Shown: piece after piece, positions 24,412-37,504 of the stretch
How the letters are laid out: every line of letters starts with the position of its first letter
How positions within the stretch are numbered: position 1 is the stretch's first letter
DNA from: Amphiscolops sp. MND2022
Lineage: Eukaryota
Length of the DNA stretch: 64,000 bases
Direction of reading: 5' to 3'
Assembly: GCA_964187785.1 (NCBI GenBank)
Contig: OZ076409.1
Location: 30,568,001 to 30,632,000, forward strand
Position numbers and translations under genes: made by a program
Notes under the pieces: model-generated
Databases searched by the model: none
What the model was told of the DNA's origin: nothing
The model's input: only the letters and a program-made list of their open reading frames with translations

Positions 24412-25360
24412 AAGTCAAATGATAAAAAACACTTTCGCTCTCCCGAAAAAAAACATAGTTGAAACACTATTTTTGAGACCGAAGTGACAGATTTTATAAA
24501 TATCTATAAAGTTTGTTCATTCTGTTCAATTTGCAGACAGGTGAACTACGGATCCACAAAACGTACTAGAACCTCGCAAACATGTCATTTCTCGTATATC
24601 GTTGTCGATTTTTTCCCACAATTTCACATAATTTGCGTCCAATGTAAAGTTTTAGGGTCAGGTTTGCAGTACTATAAGACTTTTTGGATTTTTGGAAAAT
24701 CTTTATTCAACATTTGAACTAAAACCACGTCCCCCGGTACACTTTTGTGCCTTGAGCGGGGCGCCCACTTGGGCCGTTCCGGGCTTGTTACCAGTTTCGA
24801 TTATGTCATATCGCGTTATGCTGCCGGTTTGGGTGAAAATTGAGCGCTTGTGCTGAAGCCGAAAAGAAAAAATACGCATAAATACTTTCACTAAAATTCC
24901 GTCTGAATTTTGGTGAAGAAAATTTTGATCATTGTTTTTTCCCGTCTGAATTTCTAGATGAAGTTTTGCTTAAAGTGGAATGCCTCCGTTGGGTTTAGAA
25001 CATTAAGAAACCACCCAGCTAAGACCCCAGATCGAACCATGTAAGCCGTTCGCTGTTTTCTCTTTCGAAGTATTTATCTGAAATCAATCTTGTTTTATCA
25101 GGTAAGGATCCGTTGACATCGACACGCTATAAGTCGGATCCCCTTCAATGTTGCCATTACCTTCGTTATTTCATAATAATGATAATCTGCAAATCTTGAA
25201 GAAACCTTTAATAATAATAATAATTGAAAAAGCATCTTTTGGCTTGGAATGAATGGATGTGGAATCATAGTAGCCATTTTATGAAAATAACATCTTGTTC
25301 AGTCATTGTACACTTTATCACTGCCGTTTCTTCAATTGTTTTGTATTGGTGTTGTTCCAG

Positions 25361-25557
25361 GTTGACCCCAAAGAGTGTCAAATAAACCTGACTGGATTTT
25401 TCGGGGCCCGACAGGCAACTAACTTCATGGCGGAGCTCTGGGACTTGATGCTGTCTGCTCAGGAGAGCGAGTCTGGCATCCCACAGAAGTTCATCGACGC
25501 CAAAAAGGCAGAGATCAAAAGCAGGGAGAAGGAAAAGGAGGGCTCCCTTCAAAATAG
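25361..25557 (+). CDS. SRRM1: SRRM1-like exon 2 (PWI domain C-terminal half)
   Basis: TTCCAG|VDPKECQINLTGFFGARQATNFMAELWDLMLSAQESESGIPQKFIDAKKAEIK. Donor AG|GTTATC, phase 2. Confidence 0.92.
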
Positions 25558-25779
25558 GTTATCATCCATTGTTAGGACTTCGAAAACGTTTTGAAGTACT
25601 ATTCGCGTTGACAAGTTTTTTCCACTATAAACAGTTTTATGTATATTTTTCTGGCTCCGCAAAGGTTGAATCAAATTCAAAAAATATATAACACTTGCAG
25701 TATGCTAATAGCATATATATGGTAAATATGCTAATAAATAATGGTAAATATTAGCATGGTAAATATGCTAATAGTATGC

Positions 25780-28700
25780 AAATAACATAAGAGCGAATAA
25801 TATAAAATTAGCTTCAAATAACAAAATTGAAATTAGTTTCTAATAATATAAAAATAAAACAGAGTAACCGGTTGAACAATCGAACTCAGAAAATTAAATT
25901 TCTCAAGCTGCTGACGACAATTCAATTCTCGTGCGATGGAACGAGCGAGCGGTAATTATGCATTCGTACGCTGACGTCATTGAGATGAAGCGAATGAGTG
26001 TTAATTATTCGTTCTCGGAGAGCTTCGCCTGCATTCAATTGCGAATGCGAAACTTCGTCTATCCTTAGTAGTTATATTTGCTTTAGTCCGAGATTTAAAG
26101 GCGGTATAAACTGGTACCGTGATAAATGATTACGTTCCAAATAACATAACAAAATTAGTTTCATATAACAAAATTGAAATTAGTTTCAAATTACATAAAA
26201 ATAAAACAGAGTACCCGGTTAAACAATCGACCTCAGAAAAATAAACTTCTCCAGGTGCCGATAACGATTCGATTCACGTGCGATGGAACGAGCGAGAGGT
26301 ATTTATGCATTCGTACGCCGAATTCATTGAGATGAAGCGCGCAAATGTTTGCAATGATGCTTTAGTACGCCGAGTTATTGAAACGAACCGAACGAGTGTT
26401 AAATATTCGTTCGCCGAGAGCTTCGCGTGCATTCGAATGCGAAACTGCGTCTACACGTAGTAGTTAGATTTTTTTGTCTGAAGAATTAAAGGCGGTGTAA
26501 ACTGGCAGTGATTAATTGTGCGCTATATAAATGATTCAGATATGCTTCTATTATTAAACATGAAGCCTAGAAGCAGAAATAGTACTGTGCCCCGCAGGGA
26601 CCTATTTTTTGTTATTTCTGCGGTAGCAGGAATATTATTGAAATCTGAAGATGTCTACTTTTTTCAGTAAAATTCTTCGCTTGATACTGAATAATTCAGA
26701 TATTTTGTGCGCCAGTGACTGGAAGCGTGAGAATTAAATTTCTCAAGCTGCCGACGATAATTCAATTCTCGTGCGATGGAACGAACGAGCGGTAATTATG
26801 CATTCGTACGCTGACGTCATTGAGATGAAGCGAATGAGTGGTAATTATTCGTTCTCGGAGAGCTTCGCCTGCATTCAAATGCGAATGCGAAACTTCGTCT
26901 ATCCTTAGTAGTTATATTTGCTTTAGTCCGAGATTTAAAGGCGGTATAAACTGGTACCGTCATTAATGATTACGTACCAAATAACATAGCAAAATTAGTT
27001 TCATATAACAAAATTGAAATTAGTTTCAAATAACATAAAAATAAAACAGAGTACCCGGTTAAACAATCGACCTCAGAAAAATAAACTTCTCCAGGTGCCG
27101 ATAACGATTCGATTCACGTGCGATGGAACGAGCGAGAGGTATTTATGCATTCGTACGCCGAATTCATTGAGATGAAGCGCGCAAATGTTTGCAATGATGC
27201 TTTAGTACGCCGAGTTATTGAAACGAACCGAGCGAGTGTTAATTATTCGTTCGCCGAGAGCTTCGCGTGCATCCGAATGCGAAACTGCGTCTACACGTAG
27301 TAGTTAGATTTTTTGTCTGAAGAATTAAAGGCGGTGTAAACTGGCAGTGATTAATTGTGCGCTATATAAATGATTCAGATTTGCTTCTATTATTAAACAT
27401 GAAGCCTAGAAGCAGAAATAGTACTGTGCCCCGCAGGGACCTATTTTTTGTTATTTCTGCGGTAGCAGGAATATTATTGAAATCTGAAGATGTCTACTTT
27501 TTTCAGTAAAATTCTTCGCTTGATACTGAATAATTCAGATATTTTGTTCGCCAGTGACTGGAAGCGTGAGAATTAAATTTCTCAAGCTGCCGACGATAAT
27601 TCAATTCTCGTGCGATGGAACGAACGAGCGGTAATTATGCATTCGTACGCTGACGTCATTGAGATGAAGCGAATGAGTGTTAATTATTCGTTCTCGGAGA
27701 GCTTCGCCTGCATTCAAATGCGAATGCGAAACTTCGTCTATCCTTAGTAGTTATATTTGCTTTAGTCCGAGATTTAAAGGCGGTATAAACTGGTACCGTG
27801 ATTAATGATTACGTACCAAATAACATAAGAGCGAATAATATATAATTAGCTTCAAATAACAAAATTGAAATTAGTTTCTAATAATATAAAAATAAAACAG
27901 AGTAACCGGTTGAACAATCGAACTCAGAAAATTAAATTTCTCAAGCTGCTGACGACAATTCAATTCTCGTGCGATGGAACGAGCGAGCGGTAATTATGCA
28001 TTCGTACGCTGACGTCATTGAGATGAAGCGTATGAGTGTTAATTATTCGTTCTCGGAGAGCTTCGCCTGCATTCAATTGCGAATGCGAAACTTCGTCTAT
28101 CCTTAGTAGTTATATTTGCTTTAGTCCGAGATTTAAAGGCGGTATAAACTAGTACCGTGATTAATGATTACGTTCCATATAACATAACAAAATTAGTTTC
28201 ATATAACAAAATTGAAATTAGTTTCAAATAACATAAAAATAAAAGAGTACCCAGTTAAACAATCGACCTCAGAAAAATAAATTTCTCCAGGTACCGATAA
28301 CGATTCGATTCACGTGCGATGGAACGAGCGAGAGGTATTTATGCATTCGTACGCCGAGATGAAGCGCGCAAATGTTTGCAAAGATGCTTTAGTACGCCGA
28401 GTTATTGAAACGAACCGAACGAGTGTTAAATATTCGTTCGCCGAGAGCTTCGCGTGCATTCGGATGCGAAACTGCGTCTACACGTAGTAGTTAGATTTTT
28501 TTCTCTGAAGAATTAAAGGCGGTGTAAACTGGCAGTGATTAATTGTGCGCTATATAAATGATTCAGATATGCTTCTATTATTAAACATGAAGCCTAGAAG
28601 CAGAAATAGTACTGTGCCCCGCAGGGACCTATTTTTTGTTATTTCTGCGGTAGCAGGAATATTATTGAAATCTGAAGATGTCTACTTTTTTCAGTAAAAT

Positions 28701-31700
28701 TCTTCGCTTGATACTGAATAATTCAGATATTTTGTTCGCCAGTGACTGGAAGCGTGAGAATTAAATTTCTCAAGCTGCCGACGATAGTTCAATTCTCGTG
28801 CGATGGAACGAACGAGCGGTAATTATGCATTCGTACGCTGACGTCATTGAGATGAAGCGAATGAGTGTTAATTATTCGTTCTCGGAGAGCTTCGCCTCAT
28901 TCTGCATTCAAATGCGAATGCGAAACTTCGTCTATGCTTAGTTTTTTTTTGCTTTAGTCCGAGATTTAAAGGCGGTATAAACTGGTACCGTGATTAATGA
29001 TTACGTACCAGATAACATAAGAGCGAATAACATAAAATTAGCTTCAAATAAAATTGAAATTAGTTTCCAATAATATAAAAATAAAACAGAGTAACCGGTT
29101 GAACAATCGAACTCAGAAAATTAAATTTTTCAAGCTGCTGACGACAATTCAATTCCCGTGCGATGGAACGAGCGAGCGGTAATTATGCATTCGTACGCTG
29201 ATGTCATTGAGATGAAGCGAATGAGTGTTAATTATTCGTTCTCGGAGAGCTTCGCCTGCATTCAAATGCGAACGCGAAACTTCGTCTATCCTTAGTAGTT
29301 ATATTTGCTTTAGTCCGAGATTTAAAGGCGGTATAAACTGGTACCGTGAATAATGATTACGTACCAAATAACATAACAAAATTAGTTTCATATAACAAAA
29401 TTGAAATTAGTTTCAAATAACATAAAAGTAAAAGAGTACCCAGTTAAACAATCGACCTCAGAAAAATAAATTTCTCCAGGTACCGATAACGATTCGATTC
29501 ACGTGCGATGGAACGAGCGAGAGGTATTTATGCATTCGTACGCCGAATTCATTGAGATGAAGCGCGCAAATGTTTGCAATGATGCTTTAGTACGCCGAGT
29601 TATTGAAACGAACCGAACGAGTGTTAATTATTCGTTCGCCGAGAGCTTCGCGTGCATCCAAATGCGAAACTGCGTCTACACGTAGTAGTTAGATTTTTTT
29701 GTCTGAAGAATTAAAGGCGGTGTAAACTGGCAGTGATTAATTGTGCGCTATATAAATGATTCAGATTTGCTTCTATTATTAAACATGAAGCCTAGAAGCA
29801 GAAATAGTACTGTGCCCCGCAGGGACCTATTTTTTGTTATTTCTGCGGTAGCAGGAATATTATTGAAATCTGAAGATGTCTACTTTTTTCAGTAAAATTC
29901 TTCGCTTGATACTGAATAATTCAGATATTTTGTTCGCCAGTGACTGGAAGCGTGAGAATTAAATTTCTCAAGCTGCCGACGATAATTCAATTCTCGTGCG
30001 ATGGAACGAACGAGCGGTAATTATGCATTCGTATGCTGACGTCATTGAGATGAAGCGAATGAGTGTTAATTATTCGTTCTCGGAGAGCTTCGCCTCATTC
30101 TGCATTCAAATGCGAATGCGAAACTTCGTCTATGCTTAGTAGTTTTTTTTGCTTTAGTCCGAGATTTAAAGGCGGTATAAACTGGTACCGTGATTAATGA
30201 TTACGTACCAGATAACATAAGAGCGAATAACATAAAATTAGCTTCAAATAAAATTGAAATTAGTTTCTAATAATATAAAAATAAAACAGAGTAACCGTTT
30301 GAACAATCGAATTCAGAAAATTAATTTTTTCAAGCTGCTGACGACAATTCAACTCCCGTGCGATGGAACGAGCGAGCGGTAATTATGCATTCGTACGCTG
30401 ATGTCATTGAGATGAAGCGAATGAGTGTTAATTATTCGTTCTCGGAGAGCTTCGCCTGCATTCAAATGCGAACGCGAAACTTCGTCTATGCTCAGTAGTT
30501 TTATTTGCTTTAGTCCGAGATGTAAAGGCGGTATAAACTGGTACCGTGATTAATGATTACGTACCAAATAACATAAGAGCGAATAACATAAAATTAGCTT
30601 CAAATAACAAAATTGAAATTAGTTTCTAATAATTTAAAAATAAAACAGTAACCGGTTGAACAATCGAACTCAGAAACTTAAATTTCTCAAGCTGCTGACG
30701 ACAATTCATTTTTCGTGCGATGGAACGAGCGAGCGGTAATTATGCATTCGTACGCTGACGTCATTGAGATGAAGCGAATGAGTGTTAATTGTTCGTTCTC
30801 GGAGAGCTCCGCCTGCATTCAATGCGAATGCGAAACTTCGTCTATCCTTAGTAGTTATATTTGCTTTAGTCCGAGATTTAAAGGCGGTATAAACTGGTAC
30901 CGTGATTAATGATTACGTACCAAATAACATAACAAAATTAGTTTCATATAACAAAATTGAAATTAGTTTCAAATAACATAAAAATAAAACAGAGTACCCG
31001 GTTAAACAATCGACCTCAGAAAAATAAACTTCTCCAGGTGCCGATAACGATTCGATTCACGTGCGATGGAACGAGCGAGAGGTATTTATGCATTCGTACG
31101 CCGAATTCATTGAGATGAAGCGCGCAAATGTTTGCAATGATGCTTTAGTACGCGCCGAGTTGTTGAAACGAACCGAACGAGTGTTAATTATTCGTTCGCC
31201 GAGAGCTTCGCCTGCATTCGAATGCGAAACTGCGTCTACACGTAGTAGTTAGATTTTTTTGTCTGAAGAATTAAAGGCGGTGTAAATTGGGAGTGATTAA
31301 TTGTGCTCTATATAAATGATTCGGATATGCTTCTATTGATAAACATGAAGCCTAGAAGCAGAAATAGTACTGTGCCCCGCAGGGGCCTATTTTTATTATT
31401 TCTGCGGTAGCAGGAATATTATTGAAATCTGAAGTTGTCTACTTTTTTAGTGAAATCCTTCGCATGATACTGAATAATTCAGATATTTTGTTCGCCAGTG
31501 ACTGGAAGCGTGATTAAATTTCTCAAACTGCCGACGACAATTAAATTCTCGTGCGATGGAACGAGCCAGCGGTAATTATGCATTCGTACGCTGACGTCAT
31601 TGAGATGAAGCGAATGAGTGTTAATTATTCGTTCTCGGATATCTTCGGCTGCATTCAAATGCGAATGCGAAACTTCGTGTATCCTTAGTAGTTATATTTG

Positions 31701-31860
31701 CTTTAGTCAGAGATTTAAAGGCGGTATAAACTGGTACCGTGATCAATACCTACCAAATAACATGAGAGCGAATAACATAACAAAATTGGTTTCAAATAAC
31801 AAAATTGAAATAACATAAAAATAAAACTGAGTACCCGGTTAAACAATCGAACTCAGAAAG
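25780..31860. repeat. Complex satellite array: 15 related monomers (~345-360 and ~490 bp) in higher-order arrangement
   Basis: Core GTGCGATGGAACG at ~25931, 26278, 26771, 27118, 27610, 27969, 28314, 28798, 29158, 29503, 29996, 30358, 30715, 31061 and 31551. Confidence 0.95.
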
Positions 31861-32674
31861 TTTTACCTGTAATTTGCACACTTTTTTTCAGTGAATCTTT
31901 TGAATTGTAATTGCTTTTGTGCTTTTTTTCCTATATGTGCTATGGCATCAAAATCGTATGGCTGGGTCAGTGGGGGAATCCCCAAAAATTGTCCCGAGGG
32001 ATCGGTAGGGCCCCTATCCCGAGATCGAGGTGAAGCTAAATAACAACCATATTCAAAACACGCACTTCTGAGTACGATCTTGAAAACTGTACGTATGATT
32101 CGAACGAAATTTTCTACAGTCATTCTACACCATATTAAAGTCCTATATGTGCAATGGCGTTTAAATCTGGTATGCGGGTATATGGGTATGGCTGGAATGC
32201 GAGAAACATAGCCAAAACTAGCCCAAAATGGTTTTAAGAAAAGAGCCAATTTTCGACTTCGAATTTCGCCCAAAATTTCAAAAATACAATCAAAATGGGT
32301 AAATTCTGCCCAAATTCGTGCCAATTTGGTCCTTTTGCCGCTGTTTCAGCGTTCCAGCATTCCCCGTTGAAAAATGACGAGACCTCAAAATATTCAAAGA
32401 AAAACTTTTTCAACTCCAATTTTTTTCCAACTTCAGGCCTCCCAAAGTTAAGAAACGTCCCCACAACTAGGATTAGAAGTGGATGCATGTGGAAAGTACT
32501 CGAATAGACGAGAAAAATGCGCTATAGTAGGTCTCTGTATCTTGACCTGACGTTGACTTATGATGTTTTGAGTGTGAGCTGGATAAGGGGTTAAAATGCC
32601 AAAATTGGAAATGGAAATATAAGTCTCATCCAAAACTCATCGGAAGACGTTCAATTAACCCCAAAGGTGTTCAA

Positions 32675-34216
32675 TTGACGTTGTTTAGCGCACCAAAACC
32701 ATGCAAAGTCAACGTGGAACGCTTCTCTAAACCTTCTCGTCTCCTTCGGACTACTGTATTTGTTCTCAGAGCAAGGAACATCTTTCTTTTGGCTTTGAAG
32801 AAGGAAAGGCGTCCTTTCTTGAAAGAAGTAACATTCGAAGAATTGCAGAATGCTAAATTCCTTTTAGTTTCGCAATTGCAAAGAAATCATTTCTCGAAGG
32901 AATTCAAGCAGCTACAGCAGCAGAAGCCATTGGATCGCAACAGTTCGATTCTCAATCTCACCCCGTTCTTTGATTCCGATTACGACGTCATCCGAGTTGG
33001 TGGTCGTTTGGGATATTCTTCATATCGAGAAGATAAAAAGTTTCCATTACTTCTTCCAAAGGAATCAGACTTCACAACCCTTGTTATTCGCAGTTTTCAT
33101 GAAGCTTCCCTCCATGGGGGAGGGCAGCTAACGCTAAACTTGATACGCGAAGAATATTGGCCAATCGCAGGAAAGGTTCAAGTTAAAAGCATGATCCGAC
33201 AGTGTATAAAATGTAGAAGATTCGATGTAAAAGCCCCTATTCAAATGATGGCTGATCTTCCAACAGAAAGAAATACACCCTCCAAACCCTTTGCCTTCAC
33301 TGGAATTGACTTCGCTGGACCCATCATTACTTTGCCAAACGAAAAAACATACATCGCAATTTTCGTTTGCTTCGTTGTTAAGGCAACTCATCTCGAATTA
33401 GTTTCGTCATTGACGAAAGAAGCGTGTCTCAACGCCTTACAACGATTCGCTTCGAGGAGAGGAGTACCACAAAAAATTGACTCGGATAATGGAAGGAATT
33501 TCATCGGTGCCAGATGCGATCTGAAGATTCAAGATTTGATGAGCAAAAACAGCGAAAACACCATCACTAATTTTGGAACAGAGTTGGGAGCAAACTGGAT
33601 AGTTCTTGAAAATCATGAGAATCCGGAGTGGAATATGATACCTCAACGAGCTCCTCATTTTGGAGGGCTTTGGGAAGCCGCTGTTAGAAGAATGAAACAT
33701 CACCGTCGACTTTCCCTAGGAAGCCAGATCCTGACCTATGAAGAGCTTCTAAATTACGTTACACAAATTGAGTCGATAATGAACTCTCGACCATTATATC
33801 CACTATCTACAGATCCAAACGACTTAGATCACTTTCTCATTGGACAACCCTTTTGAGCCTTGCCTCTACATGATCTTCCGGAATCATTTCCATTGGATCA
33901 ACGATTTCGTCTCTTACAAGATCTTATTTCTTCCTTTTGGATGAAGTGGAAAAGGGATTACTTGGTACATTTACAGATCAGGAAAAGGTGGTTCAAAGAT
34001 GGGGAAAGGGTCAGCGTTGGTGACATGGTGTTAGTGGCTGAAGACAACCAACCCCCTTTATGTTGGAAACTGGGACGTGTCATAGCAGCTTTCGAAGGAA
34101 ATGACAATGTTAATCGCGTTGTTAAGGTCAAGACGATCCAGAGCGCGATTGTTAGACCCGTTGTAAAGCTGAGAAAGTTGTTTTCAGAAGAAGAAGTAAA
34201 TCGCTCAGTACCTTAA
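32675..34216 (+). mobile_element. Second BEL/Pao element, pol 3' part (integrase), 5'-truncated
   Basis: LNLTPFFD..IRVGGRL, H..LHGG...CIKC zinc motif, GIDFAGP, SDNGRNF, APHFGGLWEAAV, WKRDYL..LQIRKRW, RPVVKL. Clearly related to, but diverged from, the first BEL. No LTR recognised. Confidence 0.92.
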
Positions 34217-34618
34217 CCAGGTTATCAAAGAGATTGTCAATGCCATTTAGCTCTAACTGCAATTATCCAGCATTTTTTACTGATAAAAAGTGCACCCCAA
34301 GTTCATTTTTTGGGATATTCCAGAAATTATTTGCTGTATTAACGCTTCCTTCATACTTACAGCTTCTACAAACGTCGTAATGTATATGGACAACTTTTCA
34401 ATTGTTTTCTACTGTTCCGATGGTCTACTTGATAGACTCAAATTCTTGTTTGGTCCATAAAAAGTGCACCCTCAAGTGCTATGTTCGTGATAGAAAACTC
34501 CATATGGACTCAAATCGTTCTTAGCAATGCTGCTTAGCCTACACTGAAGATATAGCTTCCTACTCTTAACAAATATTCTGCTAATCTGATGTTTTACTTC
34601 AAATTATTAAACTCACCT

Positions 34619-35482
34619 TCAATATTCCCTTCTATGCCCAACTGCTGTCATTGAGTTGGCACGATTATTGGCCGCATTGATGCGATCGGTATCTGCCCTG
34701 ACGTCAACTGATACCATACAGGAGGGTCGATCATCGCAGAATGTGATAACCGCGTGACCACACCCATATGGCATGTACAGAGTCTCGCCAGCCCTTACCT
34801 CGCACCAACTGATTTTCTTTTTCATTGTGGGGGACAGTCTTTGTAGATGTTGTAGTAGATGCTATATGGCCTGTTTATCGTCCATGGCGCCGCACTGCTT
34901 GACCAGATCCGCTGCTGCCCGGCTCATGGGGCAGAACAACCAGATCTTCTGCCCAGATAACAGCGTCATAACCTGGTCACCAGCTGTCTCCACAGCGGAC
35001 AAGTCAAAATGCCACGGACGATAGCTGGTTCCACCAACAAAGAGAAGATATCTGAAATCAAGCCTCATACTCATTGTATTCAAGGCAATTTTCGCATTAT
35101 ATCATATGAAAAGAATTGATTCATACCCATAGTTGATGGAGCCAAAACTTCCAGGCTAATCACACTTGACGCTTCCCTTTTGTTCTTTCAAGAAGTCATC
35201 CAAGACATCAACCGGCAGATCGGGAGTTGATGTCCTTTTGCTCGTGTTCTTCTTGAAGGAAGCGTCCGACAAATCCCCCACCTCTCGGGCCTGAAGAAGC
35301 TCCTCGGCCGACTTCCCCTCGATCTTGATCGAGAAGCCCTCAATGACAGCAGGTTCGTCTCGTCTTGACCGCACCTCAGCCAACAACAGTCTGGAAACCT
35401 GCGGAAAGCTTCCCGCCAACAAGCTACGGATTGCCTCCAGATCTGCCATTGGAGAGGTGCTAGTGCTTCGCCGAAGACTCAT
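34619..35482 (-). pseudogene. JmjC-domain gene (~287 codons, three in-frame stops), convergent with the second BEL integrase
   Basis: The three listed ORFs share one frame (stops at 35156-58, 35102-04, 34862-64): LFVGGTSYRPWHFD...MTLLSGQKIWLF...EVRAGETLYMPYGCGHAVIT. H at 35009-11, D at 35003-05, distal H at 34754-56. Confidence 0.82.
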
Positions 35483-36575
35483 GTTCAATCTGAAAATTCG
35501 CATAACAAGGAGAGGAGTTATGTTGAAGAACACTTAAAAACCGTGAAACTTTGTTCTGACTCATTTTCATAAACGATGATTGCCGCATTTATTTTGTTCA
35601 TGCTTACTTCACACTTGTTGAAAAAATAGCATTGTGGTTTCTCTTCAGCTCATGAACAAGTTGTTTCTTGATTTCAACTTTACCGCCTTTTGTCAAAAAC
35701 TAGTTTCACTTTTCAAATTGTTAATTCAATCTGTTTTGTAAAGTACATTTTCAACTACTAAACAGAACAACCTACAACGCCTTCCAATTGGAAAATGTAG
35801 TTTTCCAGTTAGAAAAATTTCAGAATTACCAAAAAAATTACCCGAAAAAATCCTGAAGTTTTGGACGTTTGTATTCAATTTTTGTAAAAAAAAATTCGAA
35901 TTTCGTGTATTCGAATGGTGTACACAAGAGATGCAGTTTCTTGTTTGAACAACGCGTCAAAATGACCCTAAAGTAGTCAAAAATATCAATTTTTAAGATT
36001 TTTAGTGACTTTTTGCGGAAAAAATTTGGTAGGTTAGATACTGGTATCCACTTAGTGCAACAACAAAAATCGGTACTTAGCGTATTCTTAAATCATAATC
36101 AGGTTTTTCCTTTAAAGATTAATCAAAATGTGTCAAAACTTTGATTCTTTCGAACTTCTATGCACTTTCACATTGCATTGGCTACTCTTGAGCCTTAAGA
36201 TTGTCGTAGTAGAACAGTTTGGGGCAGAAACCATCCCGCTGGTCAGTGGGTGTCTTGTTACATTACGACTGATGATTTTTTTCCTAAAGGCGTCTTCTAA
36301 CAGTATACGAAAATTATCGCAGTTGTCTGCGCCTCTGAATTCTTATCCAAAAAACTACTTCACAAAGAAGTGTTGTTGCACCAAAACTTGCTTGACATGA
36401 TTTTGTTGAAAAAGATTTCTTGAACATTATCTGCTGTATAAAAAATGCAATAGACGCTAATTAGATAAAAATTTAATCCCTCAGACTTCGATTGTAAAAC
36501 TATTTCGATGTTTGAGAATGAATGTTATTTGGAATAACAAACTCGTGGTTTTTAATTGGTGAATAGTTGCTACAG

Positions 36576-36901
36576 GGTTAAAACGTCCGCTGGTCGAAGT
36601 GCAAGTACTGGAACCACAGAAAGGAGCCCATCCAAAGAAGACGCTTCTAAGAAAAAAGACGTCATTCCTAACGAGGTGACAGAGGAGGCAGAAAAGATCA
36701 GAAGGGCTATCGAAGATACCAGGAAGGGAGTGAAGAACGCGGGACAGAAAAGCCCTGCCAGTGAAAGAGCAAGTGAAAGGGGTGCGCCTATTGCGGCTGC
36801 AAATGATACCCCGCCGAAGGAGAAGGTGATTCCAGCCTCCTCAAGATCCAGTCGCAAGTACAGACAGAGGTCTTCAAGCAATAGCTCCTCAGGATCGGAA
36901 G
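36576..36901 (+). CDS. SRRM1: SRRM1-like exon 3
   Basis: TACAG| ... G|GTTGGT; phases 2/1 match the neighbours; S/K/R/E-rich. Confidence 0.8.
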
Positions 36902-37124
36902 GTTGGTCGAAGTGTTACATTTTGAGTTTAGGCTCTGGAAAATGAAGAATTACAGCAATACTGATTGGCGTGAATGGAATAGAAACGACAGTCGGTTTGA
37001 CCTCGATTTCAGCTAATTGATTCTAGCTTGATTCTAATAGCGGAACCTGTAAAAGTTTTTGAACTCAGAAGCTTTTTTGTTATAATTTCACATCGGATGA
37101 AAGGTTATGCCCTATTTTGTACAG

Positions 37125-37272
37125 CAGCTAGTGAAGAGGAAAATAGAAGATGTGTATCTCCCAAAAATCAGCATGGAAGTCCCAGTCGATCCCCGGTGCC
37201 AGCTAGACATCGGTCGAGTAGATCTCATTCTGACTCCAAACGCAGACGGCCAGTAGAAAGATACGCCTATAG
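37125..37272 (+). CDS. SRRM1: SRRM1-like exon 4
   Basis: CAGCAG tandem acceptor (start 37125 or 37128); AG|GTGAGT donor; phases 1/2; SPSRSP...RHRSSRS. Confidence 0.82.
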
Positions 37273-37504
37273 GTGAGTTCATTTTCTATAAAATGAGGAA
37301 TTTGTGATAGTTAAGAACTGCCAGATTTTTCCGAAGTGGTTCAATCAAATTTTCTGGATTTGCAGTGCAATTAATGACAGTGGAATCTTTTCTAATTTCA
37401 TTTTCTGTCAAATGCTTTGGTTTATTTGTTATGTGTTTAACTTATTGGTTTTCGTGAAGTTGAAAGAAGCCTCTAGAAAATCAGTATCGAAAAATATGCT
37501 GTAG

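Larger units (their letters stand above)
15501..24466 (+). mobile_element. BEL/Pao LTR retrotransposon (decayed, RT deleted) in SRRM1 intron 1
   Basis: LTRs 15501-15739 and 23788-24466 (TGTT...AACA), both flanked by CTAT. PBS TGGTGCAT.. at ~15745; PPT AAGGCGGGTGGA at 23775-23786. Gag LPSFDGEYQNWTPF with triple Zn-knuckle, protease RALLDSGSQ, RNase H LHLFTDASEKAYAAV, integrase GLDLAGP / SDNGKNF / SPHFGGLWEAAVKSMK. Confidence 0.95.

Noticed and set aside
25780..31860. Repeated 60-aa ORFs (MRWNERE...) or a CRISPR-like array
   Set aside because: The ORFs are by-products of satellite monomers and are broken in several copies. There are no unique spacers, and the context is eukaryotic.
34862..35158. 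Stop-codon readthrough or an alternative genetic code in the JmjC genes
   Set aside because: The stops are mixed TAG/TGA, neighbouring pol genes are also decayed, and the host gene reads normally in the standard code. Ordinary pseudogenisation is simpler.
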